From: Marinilabiliaceae bacterium
GTDB taxonomy: Bacteria > Bacteroidota > Bacteroidia > Bacteroidales > Marinilabiliaceae
Assembly: GCA_009777175.1 (NCBI GenBank)
Contig: WRMI01000003.1
Span: 242-64,241 of the forward strand
Length of the DNA stretch: 64,000 nucleotides
Direction of reading: 5' to 3'
Shown: piece after piece, positions 46,220 through 55,457 of the stretch
How the letters are laid out: each line of letters opens with the position of its first letter
Position numbering within the stretch: the first letter of the stretch is position 1
Program-made: the position numbers and the translations under genes
Notes under the pieces: generated by a model
What the model was told of the DNA's origin: nothing
Database searches by the model: none
What the model saw: only the letters and a program-made list of their open reading frames with translations

Positions 46220-46259
46220 CGCCCGATTTTGAGACCAAAAATCTACAAAAAAAAAGTTT

Positions 46260-46331
46260 GGTCCCTTCGTCTAGTGGTTAGGACGCAAGGTTTTCATCCT
46301 TGAAACAGGGGTTCGATTCCCCTAGGGACTA
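46260..46331 (+). tRNA. tRNA-Glu (TTC), copy 1
   Basis: Same layout as canonical tRNA-Glu: GGTCCCT-TC-GTCTAGTGGTTAGGAC..., anticodon loop TTTTCAT, T-arm AGGGG-TTCGATT-CCCCT. Confidence 0.9.
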
Positions 46332-46370
46332 CAAATATTGTAAGTAAATAACAGATAATTTTATAAAAAG

Positions 46371-46625
46371 ATGGTACATCATCAGTCTGCAAAAAAAAGA
46401 ATGAGGCAAAATGAAAAGAAAAGATTGCATAACAAATATTATGCAAAAACTACTCGTAACGCCGTCAAATTGTTACGAAACACAACAGAGAAAGAAACAG
46501 CAACCACAATGCTACCGCGAGTTTCATCTTTGTTAGACAAACTTGCCAAAAGAAACATCATTCATAAAAATAAGGCATCGAACCTAAAATCGAGCCTGAC
46601 AAAACATGTTAATAATTTAGCATAA
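46371..46625 (+). CDS. rpsT: 30S ribosomal protein S20
   Basis: MVHHQSAKKRMRQNEKKRLHNKYYAKTTRNAVK...; 84 aa, basic. Confidence 0.9.
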   Translation: MVHHQSAKKRMRQNEKKRLHNKYYAKTTRNAVKLLRNTTEKETATTMLPRVSSLLDKLAKRNIIHKNKASNLKSSLTKHVNNLA

Positions 46626-46631
46626 AAAAAA

Positions 46632-46703
46632 GGTCCCTTCGTCTAGTGGTTAGGACGCAAGGTTTTCATCCTTGAAACAGGGGTTCGATTCCCCTAGGGA
46701 CTA
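46632..46703 (+). tRNA. tRNA-Glu (TTC), copy 2, identical to copy 1
   Basis: Base-for-base identical to 46260-46331. Confidence 0.9.
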
Positions 46704-46734
46704 CTATATTTTATCAATTTAATATCATTATATT

Positions 46735-47514
46735 ATGCGGTTAATTATTGAAAACGATTACCAATCGGCTGCGAAATGGACAGCAGATTATATTGCAAAA
46801 AAAATTAATTCACATGCCGAAAACCGCCCCTTTGTGCTCGGATTACCAACAGGAAGTTCCCCCATTGGAACATACAAAGAACTTATTTTATTATACAAGA
46901 ATGGAAAAGTTTCTTTCAAAAACGTTATAACTTTCAATATGGATGAATATGTAGGTCTTGCCGAAACACATCCTCAGAGTTATCACTTTTTTATGCATGA
47001 AAACTTTTTCAATCATATAGACATTCTTCCCGAAAATATTAATATTCCAAACGGAAATGCGCAGGATTTGGACGCAGAGTGTAAACTTTACGAAGAAAAA
47101 ATAGCATCATTCGGGGGGATAGACCTCTTCTTAGGTGGAATGGGCGAAGACGGTCATCTTGCATTCAATGAACCCGGCTCATCTCTACAATCGTTAACAA
47201 GAGTGAAAAATTTGAATTTTGACACTATTAATGCTAATTCCCGTTTCTTTGAGAACGATATCCAAAAAGTTCCAAAAAAGGCTGTTACTGTTGGAATTAA
47301 AACTATTCTTGATGCTCGAGAAGTGATTATTCTATCATTAGGACATCGAAAAGCCCGCGCACTCCATAAAGCAGTTGAAGGAAGCATAAACCACCTGTGG
47401 ACAGCAAGCGCACTGCAAATGCATCCAAAAGGAATTATTGTCTGCGACGAAGAAGCAACTTACGAACTGAAAGTCAGTACTTATAAATATTTTAAAGATA
47501 TTGGAAAAAGATAG
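46735..47514 (+). CDS. nagB: Glucosamine-6-phosphate deaminase
   Basis: [18 protein letters not shown] and [16 protein letters not shown] motifs. Confidence 0.93.
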   Translation: MRLIIENDYQSAAKWTADYIAKKINSHAENRPFVLGLPTGSSPIGTYKELILLYKNGKVSFKNVITFNMDEYVGLAETHPQSYHFFMHENFFNHIDILPENINIPNGNAQDLDAECKLYEEKIASFGGIDLFLGGMGEDGHLAFNEPGSSLQSLTRVKNLNFDTINANSRFFENDIQKVPKKAVTVGIKTILDAREVIILSLGHRKARALHKAVEGSINHLWTASALQMHPKGIIVCDEEATYELKVSTYKYFKDIGKR

Positions 47515-47693
47515 TTCCAATTGATTTATTTGCTAAAATATAAAATTTTAGAAATAATATAAAATATTATAATTCAAACAATTAGTGATAATAAGTTTAT
47601 TTCAATAAATTCAATAACAAATTAGTGGCAAAATAAAATCAGAAATTACCAAAAAATTAAATATAATATAAATAAACTAAAATCTTTTATAAT

Positions 47694-49754
47694 ATGCAAA
47701 AACAGAAAGGACAAATAGGAGTCAGTACGGAAAATATTTTTCCTATAATAAAAAAATACCTTTATTCAGACCATGAAATTTTTCTTCGTGAACTAATTTC
47801 AAATGCCGTTGATGCAACTCAAAAATTAAAGACTTTGGTTAGCGTAGGCGACTTTAAAGGTGAAATGGGCGACTTGAATATTCAAGTCAAAATAAATGAA
47901 AAGAAAAAAACTTTGTCGGTCATCGACCGCGGAGTTGGTATGAGTGCCGAAGAGATTGATAAATTTATCAATCAAATCGCATTTTCGAGCGCTAATGAGT
48001 TTCTCGAAAAATACAAAAACGACGCAAACGCAATTATTGGACACTTCGGAATGGGTTTTTACAGTTCTTTTATGGTTTCGAAAAAGGTTGAAATTATTAC
48101 CAAATCATACAAAGAAGAAGCAACTCCCGTAAAATGGACTTGCGACGGAAGCCCCGAATTTACAATTGAAGAAGTAAAAAAAGAAGATAGAGGTACCGAA
48201 ATTATCCTGCACATTGACGACGATAATAAACAGTTTGTCGACAAAAAAGAAATCGAAAACCTACTGAAAAAATATTGCCGCTACCTCCCAATTCCAATTA
48301 TTTTTGGAAAAGAAACAGAATGGAAAGACGGCAAAGAAGTTGATACAGAAAAAGATAACATAATAAACGAAACAAGTCCACTTTGGTCTCGAAAACCCGC
48401 AGACCTGAAAGACGAAGATTATAAAAAGTTCTATCAGGATTTATATCCAATTAGCGAAGAGCCACTGTTTCATATACATTTGAACGTAGATTATCCATTC
48501 AACCTTACGGGAATACTCTATTTTCCAAAAATAAAGAATAATATCGAAGTTCAAAAAAATAAAATCCAACTATATTGTAATCAGGTTTATGTAACCGATT
48601 CAGTAGAAGGGATTGTACCAGAATTTCTTACGCTGCTTCACGGAGTGATAGATTCGCCTGATATTCCGCTAAATGTATCACGCTCTTACCTACAAAGTGA
48701 CAACAACGTTAAAAAAATATCTAACCATATAACCAAAAAAGTAGCCGACCGTTTAGAAGAAATATTTAAAAACGACCGTAAAAATTATGAGTCAAAATGG
48801 GACGACCTGAAACTCTTTATCGAGTACGGTATGCTGACCGAAGATAAATTCAACGAAAGAGCAATGAAATTCGTGCTTTTGAAAAATACTGATAACAAAT
48901 ATTTCACTTTGGACGAGTACCGCGACCTAATGAAATCAAATCAAACCGACAAAGACGGAAATCTGATTTATCTTTACGGCACAAACAAAGAAGAACAGTA
49001 CGGTTTTATCGAAGCGGCAAAAAACAAAGGCTACGACGTACTATTGTTAGACGGTCATTTTGATATGCACTTCGTAAATCATTTAGAACAAAAATTGGAA
49101 AAAATTCGTTGCGTACGTGTAGATAGCGCCGTTCCTGAAAAGTTAATCGCAAAAGAAGAGTTTCAAGAACTAAAACTAACAGCCGATCAGCGCGAAAACC
49201 TTATATCTATTTTCAATTCACAAATGCCCGAACTAAATAAAGCACACTTTATCGTTACTTTTGAGGCACTATCCGAAAACGATTTCCCCGTTATGATTAC
49301 GCAACACGAATTTATGAGACGTATGAAAGATATGAGCGCATTAGGAGGCGGTATGATGTCATTCTACGGCGAACTACCTGATAATTACAACCTTGTCGTT
49401 AACGGAAATCATCAGCATATTGTTCGTATTGTAGAAGAAGTAGAAAAAGAATTGGGCGACAAACTGTCATCAATTCGTAGCAGAATTGCTTCCTTAGAAA
49501 GTCGTGTTAAAGAATTAGAAGCGGCAAAAAAAGATAAAAAAGAAGAGGAGATTCCATATTCTGAAAAAGAAGAGTTAGAAGATACTAACAAGAAAATCGA
49601 AGAACAAAAAAGCAAAAAAGAGGAAATACTTAAAAAATTCGCATCAGAGGAAAAACATGTTTCGCAACTGATTGACTTAGCATTGCTATCAAATAATATG
49701 CTTAAAGGAGAAGCACTGAATAGGTTTGTAAAGAGGAGTATTGAGTTGATTTGA
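47694..49754 (+). CDS. htpG: Molecular chaperone HtpG (Hsp90)
   Basis: FLRELISNAVDA and IGHFGMGFYSSFMV motifs; 686 aa. Confidence 0.95.
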   Translation: MQKQKGQIGVSTENIFPIIKKYLYSDHEIFLRELISNAVDATQKLKTLVSVGDFKGEMGDLNIQVKINEKKKTLSVIDRGVGMSAEEIDKFINQIAFSSANEFLEKYKNDANAIIGHFGMGFYSSFMVSKKVEIITKSYKEEATPVKWTCDGSPEFTIEEVKKEDRGTEIILHIDDDNKQFVDKKEIENLLKKYCRYLPIPIIFGKETEWKDGKEVDTEKDNIINETSPLWSRKPADLKDEDYKKFYQDLYPISEEPLFHIHLNVDYPFNLTGILYFPKIKNNIEVQKNKIQLYCNQVYVTDSVEGIVPEFLTLLHGVIDSPDIPLNVSRSYLQSDNNVKKISNHITKKVADRLEEIFKNDRKNYESKWDDLKLFIEYGMLTEDKFNERAMKFVLLKNTDNKYFTLDEYRDLMKSNQTDKDGNLIYLYGTNKEEQYGFIEAAKNKGYDVLLLDGHFDMHFVNHLEQKLEKIRCVRVDSAVPEKLIAKEEFQELKLTADQRENLISIFNSQMPELNKAHFIVTFEALSENDFPVMITQHEFMRRMKDMSALGGGMMSFYGELPDNYNLVVNGNHQHIVRIVEEVEKELGDKLSSIRSRIASLESRVKELEAAKKDKKEEEIPYSEKEELEDTNKKIEEQKSKKEEILKKFASEEKHVSQLIDLALLSNNMLKGEALNRFVKRSIELI

Positions 49755-49988
49755 TAATAAACTATTTAGCGTGCATTGTTCATCAGCACACAGATAATAA
49801 ACTGAAACAAAGTCAGATAAACGCAAGTACAAAAAGTTACCCTTAGTAGCCACCGTCAGTCGCCGCACTTCCTTTTTGGCAAAAAACCAAATAAGAACGT
49901 TTTAGCAATATCGCAGTCTACTAAGGGAACCCTTTGAAAAATGAATACCTTTTGAACTTTTAATAACAACCCATTTATTTATAAAATC

Positions 49989-50489
49989 TTAATTTTTAAA
50001 TAAAGGTAGTTCTCTTACTTGTGTATAAGCACCTTGAATATGCAAGACATCCCATTGATTGTTATACACAATCTTGTCGTAAAGGGTATACTCATAACGG
50101 TCGTTTTCCCAATCGTAGTTTGAGTCATACCCTGTTCGCCAAGGGTTAGGTATATCTAACCTGAAGAGGTATTCCCCTGCGGGTAGATTGATGGTAATTT
50201 TCCCTGATGCATCCGACTTGAAGGTATTACCATTCTCAAGTTTAATCTCAACATCTGCTACGGGTGAAAATTTTCCTTCCATAACAACTGTTGGTGTCCA
50301 CTCGGGTCCGCTTGCTCCGATGGTATATCCATTGAAGTACCAAACCTGTGTTCCGTCTGAGGGAACAAGTTTAATCTCTGTAACATCGTCTTTGCTGCAC
50401 GAAACAGCCGCAATGAACGCTACAAGCGTCAAAAGTGTTAGCATACTTTTTGTTGTATGTCCAACCAAATTAAAAATCCTTTTTTTCAT
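49989..50489 (-). CDS. Hypothetical lipoprotein
   Basis: The ATG giving MKKRIFNLVG... and lipobox IAAVSC. Beta-rich sequence. Confidence 0.5.
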   Translation of the reverse strand: MKKRIFNLVGHTTKSMLTLLTLVAFIAAVSCSKDDVTEIKLVPSDGTQVWYFNGYTIGASGPEWTPTVVMEGKFSPVADVEIKLENGNTFKSDASGKITINLPAGEYLFRLDIPNPWRTGYDSNYDWENDRYEYTLYDKIVYNNQWDVLHIQGAYTQVRELPLFKN

Positions 50490-50554
50490 ATTAATGATAC
50501 GTTTAACGTCCGTGTCCTTTAACACAGACAAAAATTATAAATTATTATTTAAAA

Positions 50555-51097
50555 TTATTGAAATTCCGCAAAAAATCTTATGAAATATTTGTTTCCATCA
50601 AGAAATTTTATTCCGAATTCTATCTCTTCGTCGCCTTTGAATCCATAAAAAGAACCGTGGAATAGTTCATTGTCTGGATTTTTAAAACATGCAAAACTTT
50701 CTATCTCGCCTTCATCGGTTGTCTGTTTTGGAATTTTGAAATTAAACGTATATGATGGATTAACTACAACATCGCGTTTAATCTTATTCGAAATAAAGCA
50801 CATACCGTTATCAAGGGTGATTTTAATTTTAGAGTTTCCTTCTGTTCCTTCAATAACAAGCCAACCTTTTTCTGTTTTGAAAGGGTCGTTTTTGTCGCAT
50901 GTAACGCTGCCTGACTTTTTATTTTCAGAGTAACAATGAACAAGTGCATCGCTCTCGCTACGGAAATAAGATGCTTCGTAATTATATTCTCCTTCGGCTC
51001 GTTTTATCAAATCTTCAACTGAAGGATTGAAACAAGCTGATAAAAGTAATGAAATGCAGATAATTGTCAGAAAAATTTTTATTATTTTCATATTCAA
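50555..51097 (-). CDS. Hypothetical lipoprotein
   Basis: Lipobox LLLSAC. No recognisable family. Sits 23 nt upstream of the next lipoprotein ORF. Confidence 0.5.
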   Translation of the reverse strand: MNMKIIKIFLTIICISLLLSACFNPSVEDLIKRAEGEYNYEASYFRSESDALVHCYSENKKSGSVTCDKNDPFKTEKGWLVIEGTEGNSKIKITLDNGMCFISNKIKRDVVVNPSYTFNFKIPKQTTDEGEIESFACFKNPDNELFHGSFYGFKGDEEIEFGIKFLDGNKYFIRFFAEFQ

Positions 51098-51262
51098 ATT
51101 TCTTTTTTTTAATTAATTATCAATACCTCATTCCAAAAGTTGCCCAAAGTAGCCTAAAGCAACTCATGTACTCATTCTTTAAAAACTACTTAGGGAACTT
51201 TTGAAAATAAGGGTTTTAAAGAGTAACATGTAATAAATTACAAATTTTGATGTCTCTTTTAA

Positions 51263-51859
51263 TTAAAAATTAAACAAAACACCTGCCGAAATCACAAGAA
51301 ATGCATCTTCGCCTATAACAAGTTTAGGTTCGGCGTTGATAGTAAGTTTCGGGCTTAATTTAAAATCGACCCCTGCACCAAGATTGAAAAAACCATCTGT
51401 TACGTTATCGTCCATTGGCACAGACACACCAAAAGCAGTAGCAGTTCCTGAGACACTTTGTCCCAAAAAACTTAATCCGGCAAGTGGATAAATGTTCACA
51501 GCATCTCCTAAGCGCAGCAAGAAATGCATATTTGCCGACAAATCCCATAAACCATACTTTAATTCGGATGAGACTCCCAAAAGTTCTTCTTTCAAAGTTT
51601 TTGGGGCATAGTACGTAAATGCGGCTTCTAACCTCCATTTAGCAGCAAAATTAGTTCTAAACTTAGCTCCAAATCCTAAGTCTGGCGGGGGAACATCACC
51701 TGTGTTAAAAGCAACGTGAACTCCGATGCCTTTATCACCTTTTTCTTGTGCATTCGCAGCAGAAAAATTTCCCGCAAACAGCACAACACATGCAATTAAT
51801 AGAAAGTTACCCATTGTAACTCTCACGTTTTTTCCTAAATACTTAATAATCTGTTTCAT
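51263..51859 (-). CDS. Small outer-membrane beta-barrel (porin-family/OmpA-barrel-like) protein
   Basis: Signal peptide ...SAANAQ, alternating strands and a C-terminal ...GVLFNF. Confidence 0.6.
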   Translation of the reverse strand: MKQIIKYLGKNVRVTMGNFLLIACVVLFAGNFSAANAQEKGDKGIGVHVAFNTGDVPPPDLGFGAKFRTNFAAKWRLEAAFTYYAPKTLKEELLGVSSELKYGLWDLSANMHFLLRLGDAVNIYPLAGLSFLGQSVSGTATAFGVSVPMDDNVTDGFFNLGAGVDFKLSPKLTINAEPKLVIGEDAFLVISAGVLFNF

Positions 51860-51920
51860 AGAAAAATAAAAAAATTTAATAAAATTACTATATAAAAAAA
51901 TCTAAAAAATTCCACTCTTC

Positions 51921-51993
51921 GTTTCTTCATTTCTACTAAAATCAATATTTTAAAGCCATTTTCCACTAAAAAATTTTTTGCAAAGATATTTTG
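51921..51993. repeat. Direct repeat copy 1 (promoter plus 5' leader of the OMP gene)
   Basis: Near-identical to 52141-52215. Contains CAAAGATA, which is TATCTTTG on the minus strand, at 51981-51988. Confidence 0.85.
51981..51988 (-). promoter_or_regulatory. -7 box TATCTTTG, proximal promoter of the OMP gene at 51859
   Basis: Perfect TAnnTTTG on the minus strand, about 120 nt upstream of the start. Confidence 0.45.
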
Positions 51994-52060
51994 ATAATTT
52001 TAATTTGTCAATAGTTAATTTTAACTATTTTTTACTTTTTATTTTTAGCCACTAATTTGT

Positions 52061-52123
52061 TTGTTATTGAGTTTACCGAAATTGTTATTGAGTTTACCGA
52101 AATTGTTATTGAGTTTACCGAAA
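52061..52123. repeat. Perfect 3 x 21-bp tandem repeat TTGTTATTGAGTTTACCGAAA
   Basis: Read directly from the sequence. The reverse complement occurs once at 46069-46090. Confidence 0.95.
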
Positions 52124-52140
52124 TACAATCATTTGGCTAT

Positions 52141-52215
52141 GTTTCTTTTCATTTCTACCAAAATCAATATTTTAAAGCCATTTTCCACTAAAAAATTTTT
52201 TGCAAAGATATTTTG
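52141..52215. repeat. Direct repeat copy 2 (duplicated promoter plus leader segment)
   Basis: Near-identical to 51921-51993. The second TATCTTTG box is at 52203-52210 on the minus strand. Confidence 0.85.
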
Positions 52216-52287
52216 GTATTTTCAGAGTTCCTTACCTCATAAACGTTTTTTTGTTATTTTATAAGGAAAAATCTATTTTTGCTGAGG

Positions 52288-52317
52288 AAACCAAAATGTC
52301 CTACATTTTGGTTTTTT
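52288..52317 (+). terminator. Strong plus-strand intrinsic terminator with no upstream gene
   Basis: 11-bp perfect stem AAACCAAAATG/CATTTTGGTTT with a 5-nt loop, followed by TTTTTT. Confidence 0.55.
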
Positions 52318-52462
52318 GCACTCCGTTAGGCGATGCATTGAGCTTGTCGAAAATGAATGCATCGCTTGGTAGAAAAATAGCCATATAAACAACCGTTTTT
52401 ATGCTTTGAAATTATTATCTACCCAGCGTCACATTCATAGCGGAATGTGGAAAACTGAGTTT
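52318..52462. repeat. Family R3 element: an inverted copy plus a direct partial copy forming a long inverted repeat
   Basis: 52318-52377 is the reverse complement of 21690-21745. 52394-52462 matches 21668-21762 in direct orientation. Confidence 0.75.
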
Positions 52463-53476
52463 CTATTGATAGTTATTTGCTAAAATATCATAAACAGGCA
52501 GTTGCAAAGCTTCTTGCATTTGTTCCTGCAAAATTATTGGATTTAGTCTTACTCCTTCGGGAGAAACAGGGTTTGTACATACTGCCAAAAGCTTTGGTTT
52601 TTGTATTACTTTGACGCTACTTCCTTGTTTTAAAAATTTATTATATGTTATTGTTTCAATAAATAGTTTCGTAAAATCACGGACAATTATCTGGATATTT
52701 TTATATTTTTTTGTGCTTATTAGTTTTAAAAAGTTGTTTGTAACGGCACCGCTAACATAGATGTTGCTTAAATTATCAGGAAGTTTTATTGTCTCTTTGT
52801 CAAATGTAAATAATGAATCGCAAATTTTTTGTCGGGTATCATGTTTGTCATTCCATATCCATACTCCATCTTCTATTGTTATTAATATTTTTTGTAGATT
52901 AATATCAACTTGTTCTAAATCAATTAATTTACATCGAAATTTTGTTTTATTAATTAATTCTTGTAATTGAGCCGAACATGCTGCTCCCGTGCATAAAATC
53001 ATTGCATCTGTAACGGCGGGTGATGCCAAACTCATTCTCGACAGTGCGCCATCAACTAATGTAAGTTGAATGTTGTATTTTTGCATTTCGCTAATAATTT
53101 GTTGCAGCCAAATAGAATCGGATGGACCAGATAAAACAGCAATTCCGTTTCCTTTTGCTTTTGCCGTGATCAATTTTCCCAAAGGGGTTGAACGTTCTGA
53201 AATTGACAATATTTCTGCGGGGAAATTTATGTTTGCAAAATCATTTTCGGAGGTAACAAAAATCATATTTTCCGACAACTCAATGCGTGGTTTGGGAGTT
53301 TGATATAAAATATCTTTTTCTTCACCATCAACTCCTATTGATGTAACAGCAAAATTTATTTTTTCTTGCTTCAAACGGTTTATAACAAAGTTGAGGCAGG
53401 TCGTTTTGCCCGTATTTTTTGCCATTCCAACAATGGAAACGCTTTTGTGTCGCAATAGGTCTTTGATGAAGGGCAT
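52463..53476 (-). CDS. P-loop NTPase (MobB/dethiobiotin-synthetase-like fold), function unknown
   Basis: Walker A VGMAKNTGKTT and later LVDGALSRM. No confident family assignment. Confidence 0.5.
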   Translation of the reverse strand: MPFIKDLLRHKSVSIVGMAKNTGKTTCLNFVINRLKQEKINFAVTSIGVDGEEKDILYQTPKPRIELSENMIFVTSENDFANINFPAEILSISERSTPLGKLITAKAKGNGIAVLSGPSDSIWLQQIISEMQKYNIQLTLVDGALSRMSLASPAVTDAMILCTGAACSAQLQELINKTKFRCKLIDLEQVDINLQKILITIEDGVWIWNDKHDTRQKICDSLFTFDKETIKLPDNLSNIYVSGAVTNNFLKLISTKKYKNIQIIVRDFTKLFIETITYNKFLKQGSSVKVIQKPKLLAVCTNPVSPEGVRLNPIILQEQMQEALQLPVYDILANNYQ

Positions 53477-53617
53477 TAGTTAGTGGTTAGTGATTAGTGA
53501 TTAATGGTTTATATGATTTACTCTTTTGTCATAATCATTTCCATGCAATAATATCCATTTTATTTCACTCATCTTAAATCACTGACAACTGACAACTAAC
53601 AACCTTGTCGATATGTA
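53477..53617. repeat. Two oppositely oriented heptamer blocks flanking a roughly 55-nt spacer
   Basis: 53477-53510 reads AGTTAGTGGTTAGTGATTAGTGATTAATGG. 53566-53604 reads CACTCATCTTAAATCACTGACAACTGACAACTAACAACC. Confidence 0.7.
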
Positions 53618-55282
53618 TTAATATTTGAAACTACTACCTCCCAAAAATTCTCGTAAAATCGATGTTGGAGGAATATTATTTGAAATAATTGGTTTAAAAT
53701 AGCTTAGGAATTTAAGCAGTCTTGTTGCTTCAGAAAATTCGGGCTGATTCGGTTGTACTTCCAAAAGAATAGGTTCTACAAAAGGTTTTAAAACAGCAAA
53801 TTCGTATAATAATGCTGTGTTGAACATTACGTCTGCTTCTTCTTGATATGGAAAAATGTGCAGGTCTTCACCTCTTCTGACGCTTTCCCAGCGTGCTATT
53901 GTGTTTTGTGCCGAATAACCTCGATATTTATAGTCTCGCAAAATTCTGCGTAGCAACCTATTATCCGTTGTAGGAATACGAGTCAAGTCGTCAATGTTGA
54001 TTGATGTGAGTGCAGAAATATATATTTTATATTTGGCATCCGGGTTGATTGCTTCGGTGAGTTTTGGGTTAAGACCATGAATTCCTTCAATAATCAAAAT
54101 ATTTCCAGGTTCCATTTTCAATTTTGTACCGTCATAAAACCGTTCTCCGTTTTCAAAAGAAAAAGTAGGTATTTCGATTTCATTTCCTTCGAGTAATTGA
54201 ACCATTTGGTCATTAAAAAGTTTTAGGTCAATTGCATCTAATGCTTCAAAGTCGTACTCTCCATTTTCGTCTAACGGGGTTAATTCTCTGTTAACAAAAT
54301 AGTTATCAAGGGAAATGTTTATAGGGATAATTCCAGAAACAATAAGTTGCGTAGCGAGTCTTTTGCCGAACGTAGTTTTTCCGCTTGAGGATGGTCCGCT
54401 GATAAGAACAATTTTCAACATATCTTTTAAAGTTGCAATTTGGTCAGCAATTTGTGCAATTTTCTTTTCTTGGAGTGCTTCAGAAACTTGTATCAAAACT
54501 TCTGCATCGCCTTTTAAAATTTGCCTGTTTAAGTCGCTAATGTTTGAAACATTTAAAATTTTGTTCCATTGGTTATGTTCGCGAAATATTTCAAACATTT
54601 TTTTCTGAAGGATAAGTTCTGCAACTTCTTCGGGGTTGCTTCTTTTTGGAACTTGCAAAAGCATACCTTTAAAATATTTGTTTAAATCAAAAACTTTCAA
54701 TACTCCTGTTGATGCGGCTAAATATCCGTAGAAAAGCCCAACATGCTTTCCCATTTTGTAATAAGAGGTATAGTATTGCCCTCGATGCTCAATAAGTTCT
54801 TTTTTATCAGTAAAACCGCATTTATCAAATACTTCTATAACATTTTCGGTCTCGTCTTTGATATGAATAAAAGGGATGTCGGCTTCGATAATTTCTTTCA
54901 TTTTTTTTCCGATTTGAAAAACGGTTTGAATGTCTAATTCTTTGTCAAAATTAGTCAATTCGCAAAAATAGCCTTTGCTTACGGAGTGTTCGATGCGTAA
55001 TTTTGCTTCGGGATATAGTTCTTTGACCGCAGCATATAAAACAAAAAAGAGACTCCTCGTATAAATACGCATACCGTCAACATCGGTAACATCGATAAAC
55101 TTGATTGTTTGAGGATGATAAAACTCGAAAGAACACTCTCGAATACAATTATTGGCTAACGCTCCTACGATTGGATTTGGAAGATTTACATCAAATAATT
55201 TGGCGGCTTCTAATAGCGTTGTGCCTTTGGGAACAATAATTAACTTATTGTTGTTTAAGCATTTAAGTCTTACTTCGTTCAT
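53618..55282 (-). CDS. TGS-domain / ThrRS-like N-terminal region fused to a uridine-kinase-family nucleoside kinase
   Basis: N-terminal ubiquitin-like TGS pattern, Walker A ISGPSSSGKTTF, and the uridine kinase/PRK-like IIEGIHGLNP. Confidence 0.7.
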   Translation of the reverse strand: MNEVRLKCLNNNKLIIVPKGTTLLEAAKLFDVNLPNPIVGALANNCIRECSFEFYHPQTIKFIDVTDVDGMRIYTRSLFFVLYAAVKELYPEAKLRIEHSVSKGYFCELTNFDKELDIQTVFQIGKKMKEIIEADIPFIHIKDETENVIEVFDKCGFTDKKELIEHRGQYYTSYYKMGKHVGLFYGYLAASTGVLKVFDLNKYFKGMLLQVPKRSNPEEVAELILQKKMFEIFREHNQWNKILNVSNISDLNRQILKGDAEVLIQVSEALQEKKIAQIADQIATLKDMLKIVLISGPSSSGKTTFGKRLATQLIVSGIIPINISLDNYFVNRELTPLDENGEYDFEALDAIDLKLFNDQMVQLLEGNEIEIPTFSFENGERFYDGTKLKMEPGNILIIEGIHGLNPKLTEAINPDAKYKIYISALTSINIDDLTRIPTTDNRLLRRILRDYKYRGYSAQNTIARWESVRRGEDLHIFPYQEEADVMFNTALLYEFAVLKPFVEPILLEVQPNQPEFSEATRLLKFLSYFKPIISNNIPPTSILREFLGGSSFKY

Positions 55283-55398
55283 GTAAAAAATAATTTAAAT
55301 TTTATTAAAACAAAATACAAAGATAGAATAAAATTTTTATTTAAAACATAGAATTTCAAAAAATTTTATTAGCAAGTGTGTAATTAAAAAAAAACATC

Positions 55399-55406
55399 TA
55401 CTTTTG
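55399..55406 (+). promoter_or_regulatory. -7 box TACTTTTG upstream of the ACP gene
   Basis: TAnnTTTG match 52 nt before the ATG at 55458. Confidence 0.45.
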
Positions 55407-55457
55407 TGCCGATTTTTTCATTTTTTTATTAGTAACAATAATAACAATAACAATAGA

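Noticed and set aside
46260-46331. An apparent G1-U72 wobble at the top of the acceptor stem in both tRNA-Glu copies and in tRNA-Met (34555).
   Set aside because: This is based on hand folding only. It may reflect a one-base boundary error on my part or a normal lineage feature. It needs tRNAscan-SE and comparison with related genomes before being called unusual.
49836-49930. Inverted repeat CCCTTAGTAG ... CTACTAAGGG (68-nt spacer) downstream of the two lipoprotein genes, with a weaker version at 51139-51198 upstream of them. I considered an invertible switch.
   Set aside because: The stems are only about 10 bp, and the second copy has mismatches. No recombinase is nearby. The motif (ACTAAGGGAAC...TTGAAA) also occurs inside the R1 element at 13880, so these are more simply R1-related fragments.
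52061-52388. ORFs 52061..52264 (MLLSLPKLLLSLPKLLLSLPK...) and 52200..52388.
   Set aside because: The first is just the translation of the 3 x 21-bp tandem repeat and the duplicated leader. The second runs through a terminator hairpin and the R3 repeat.
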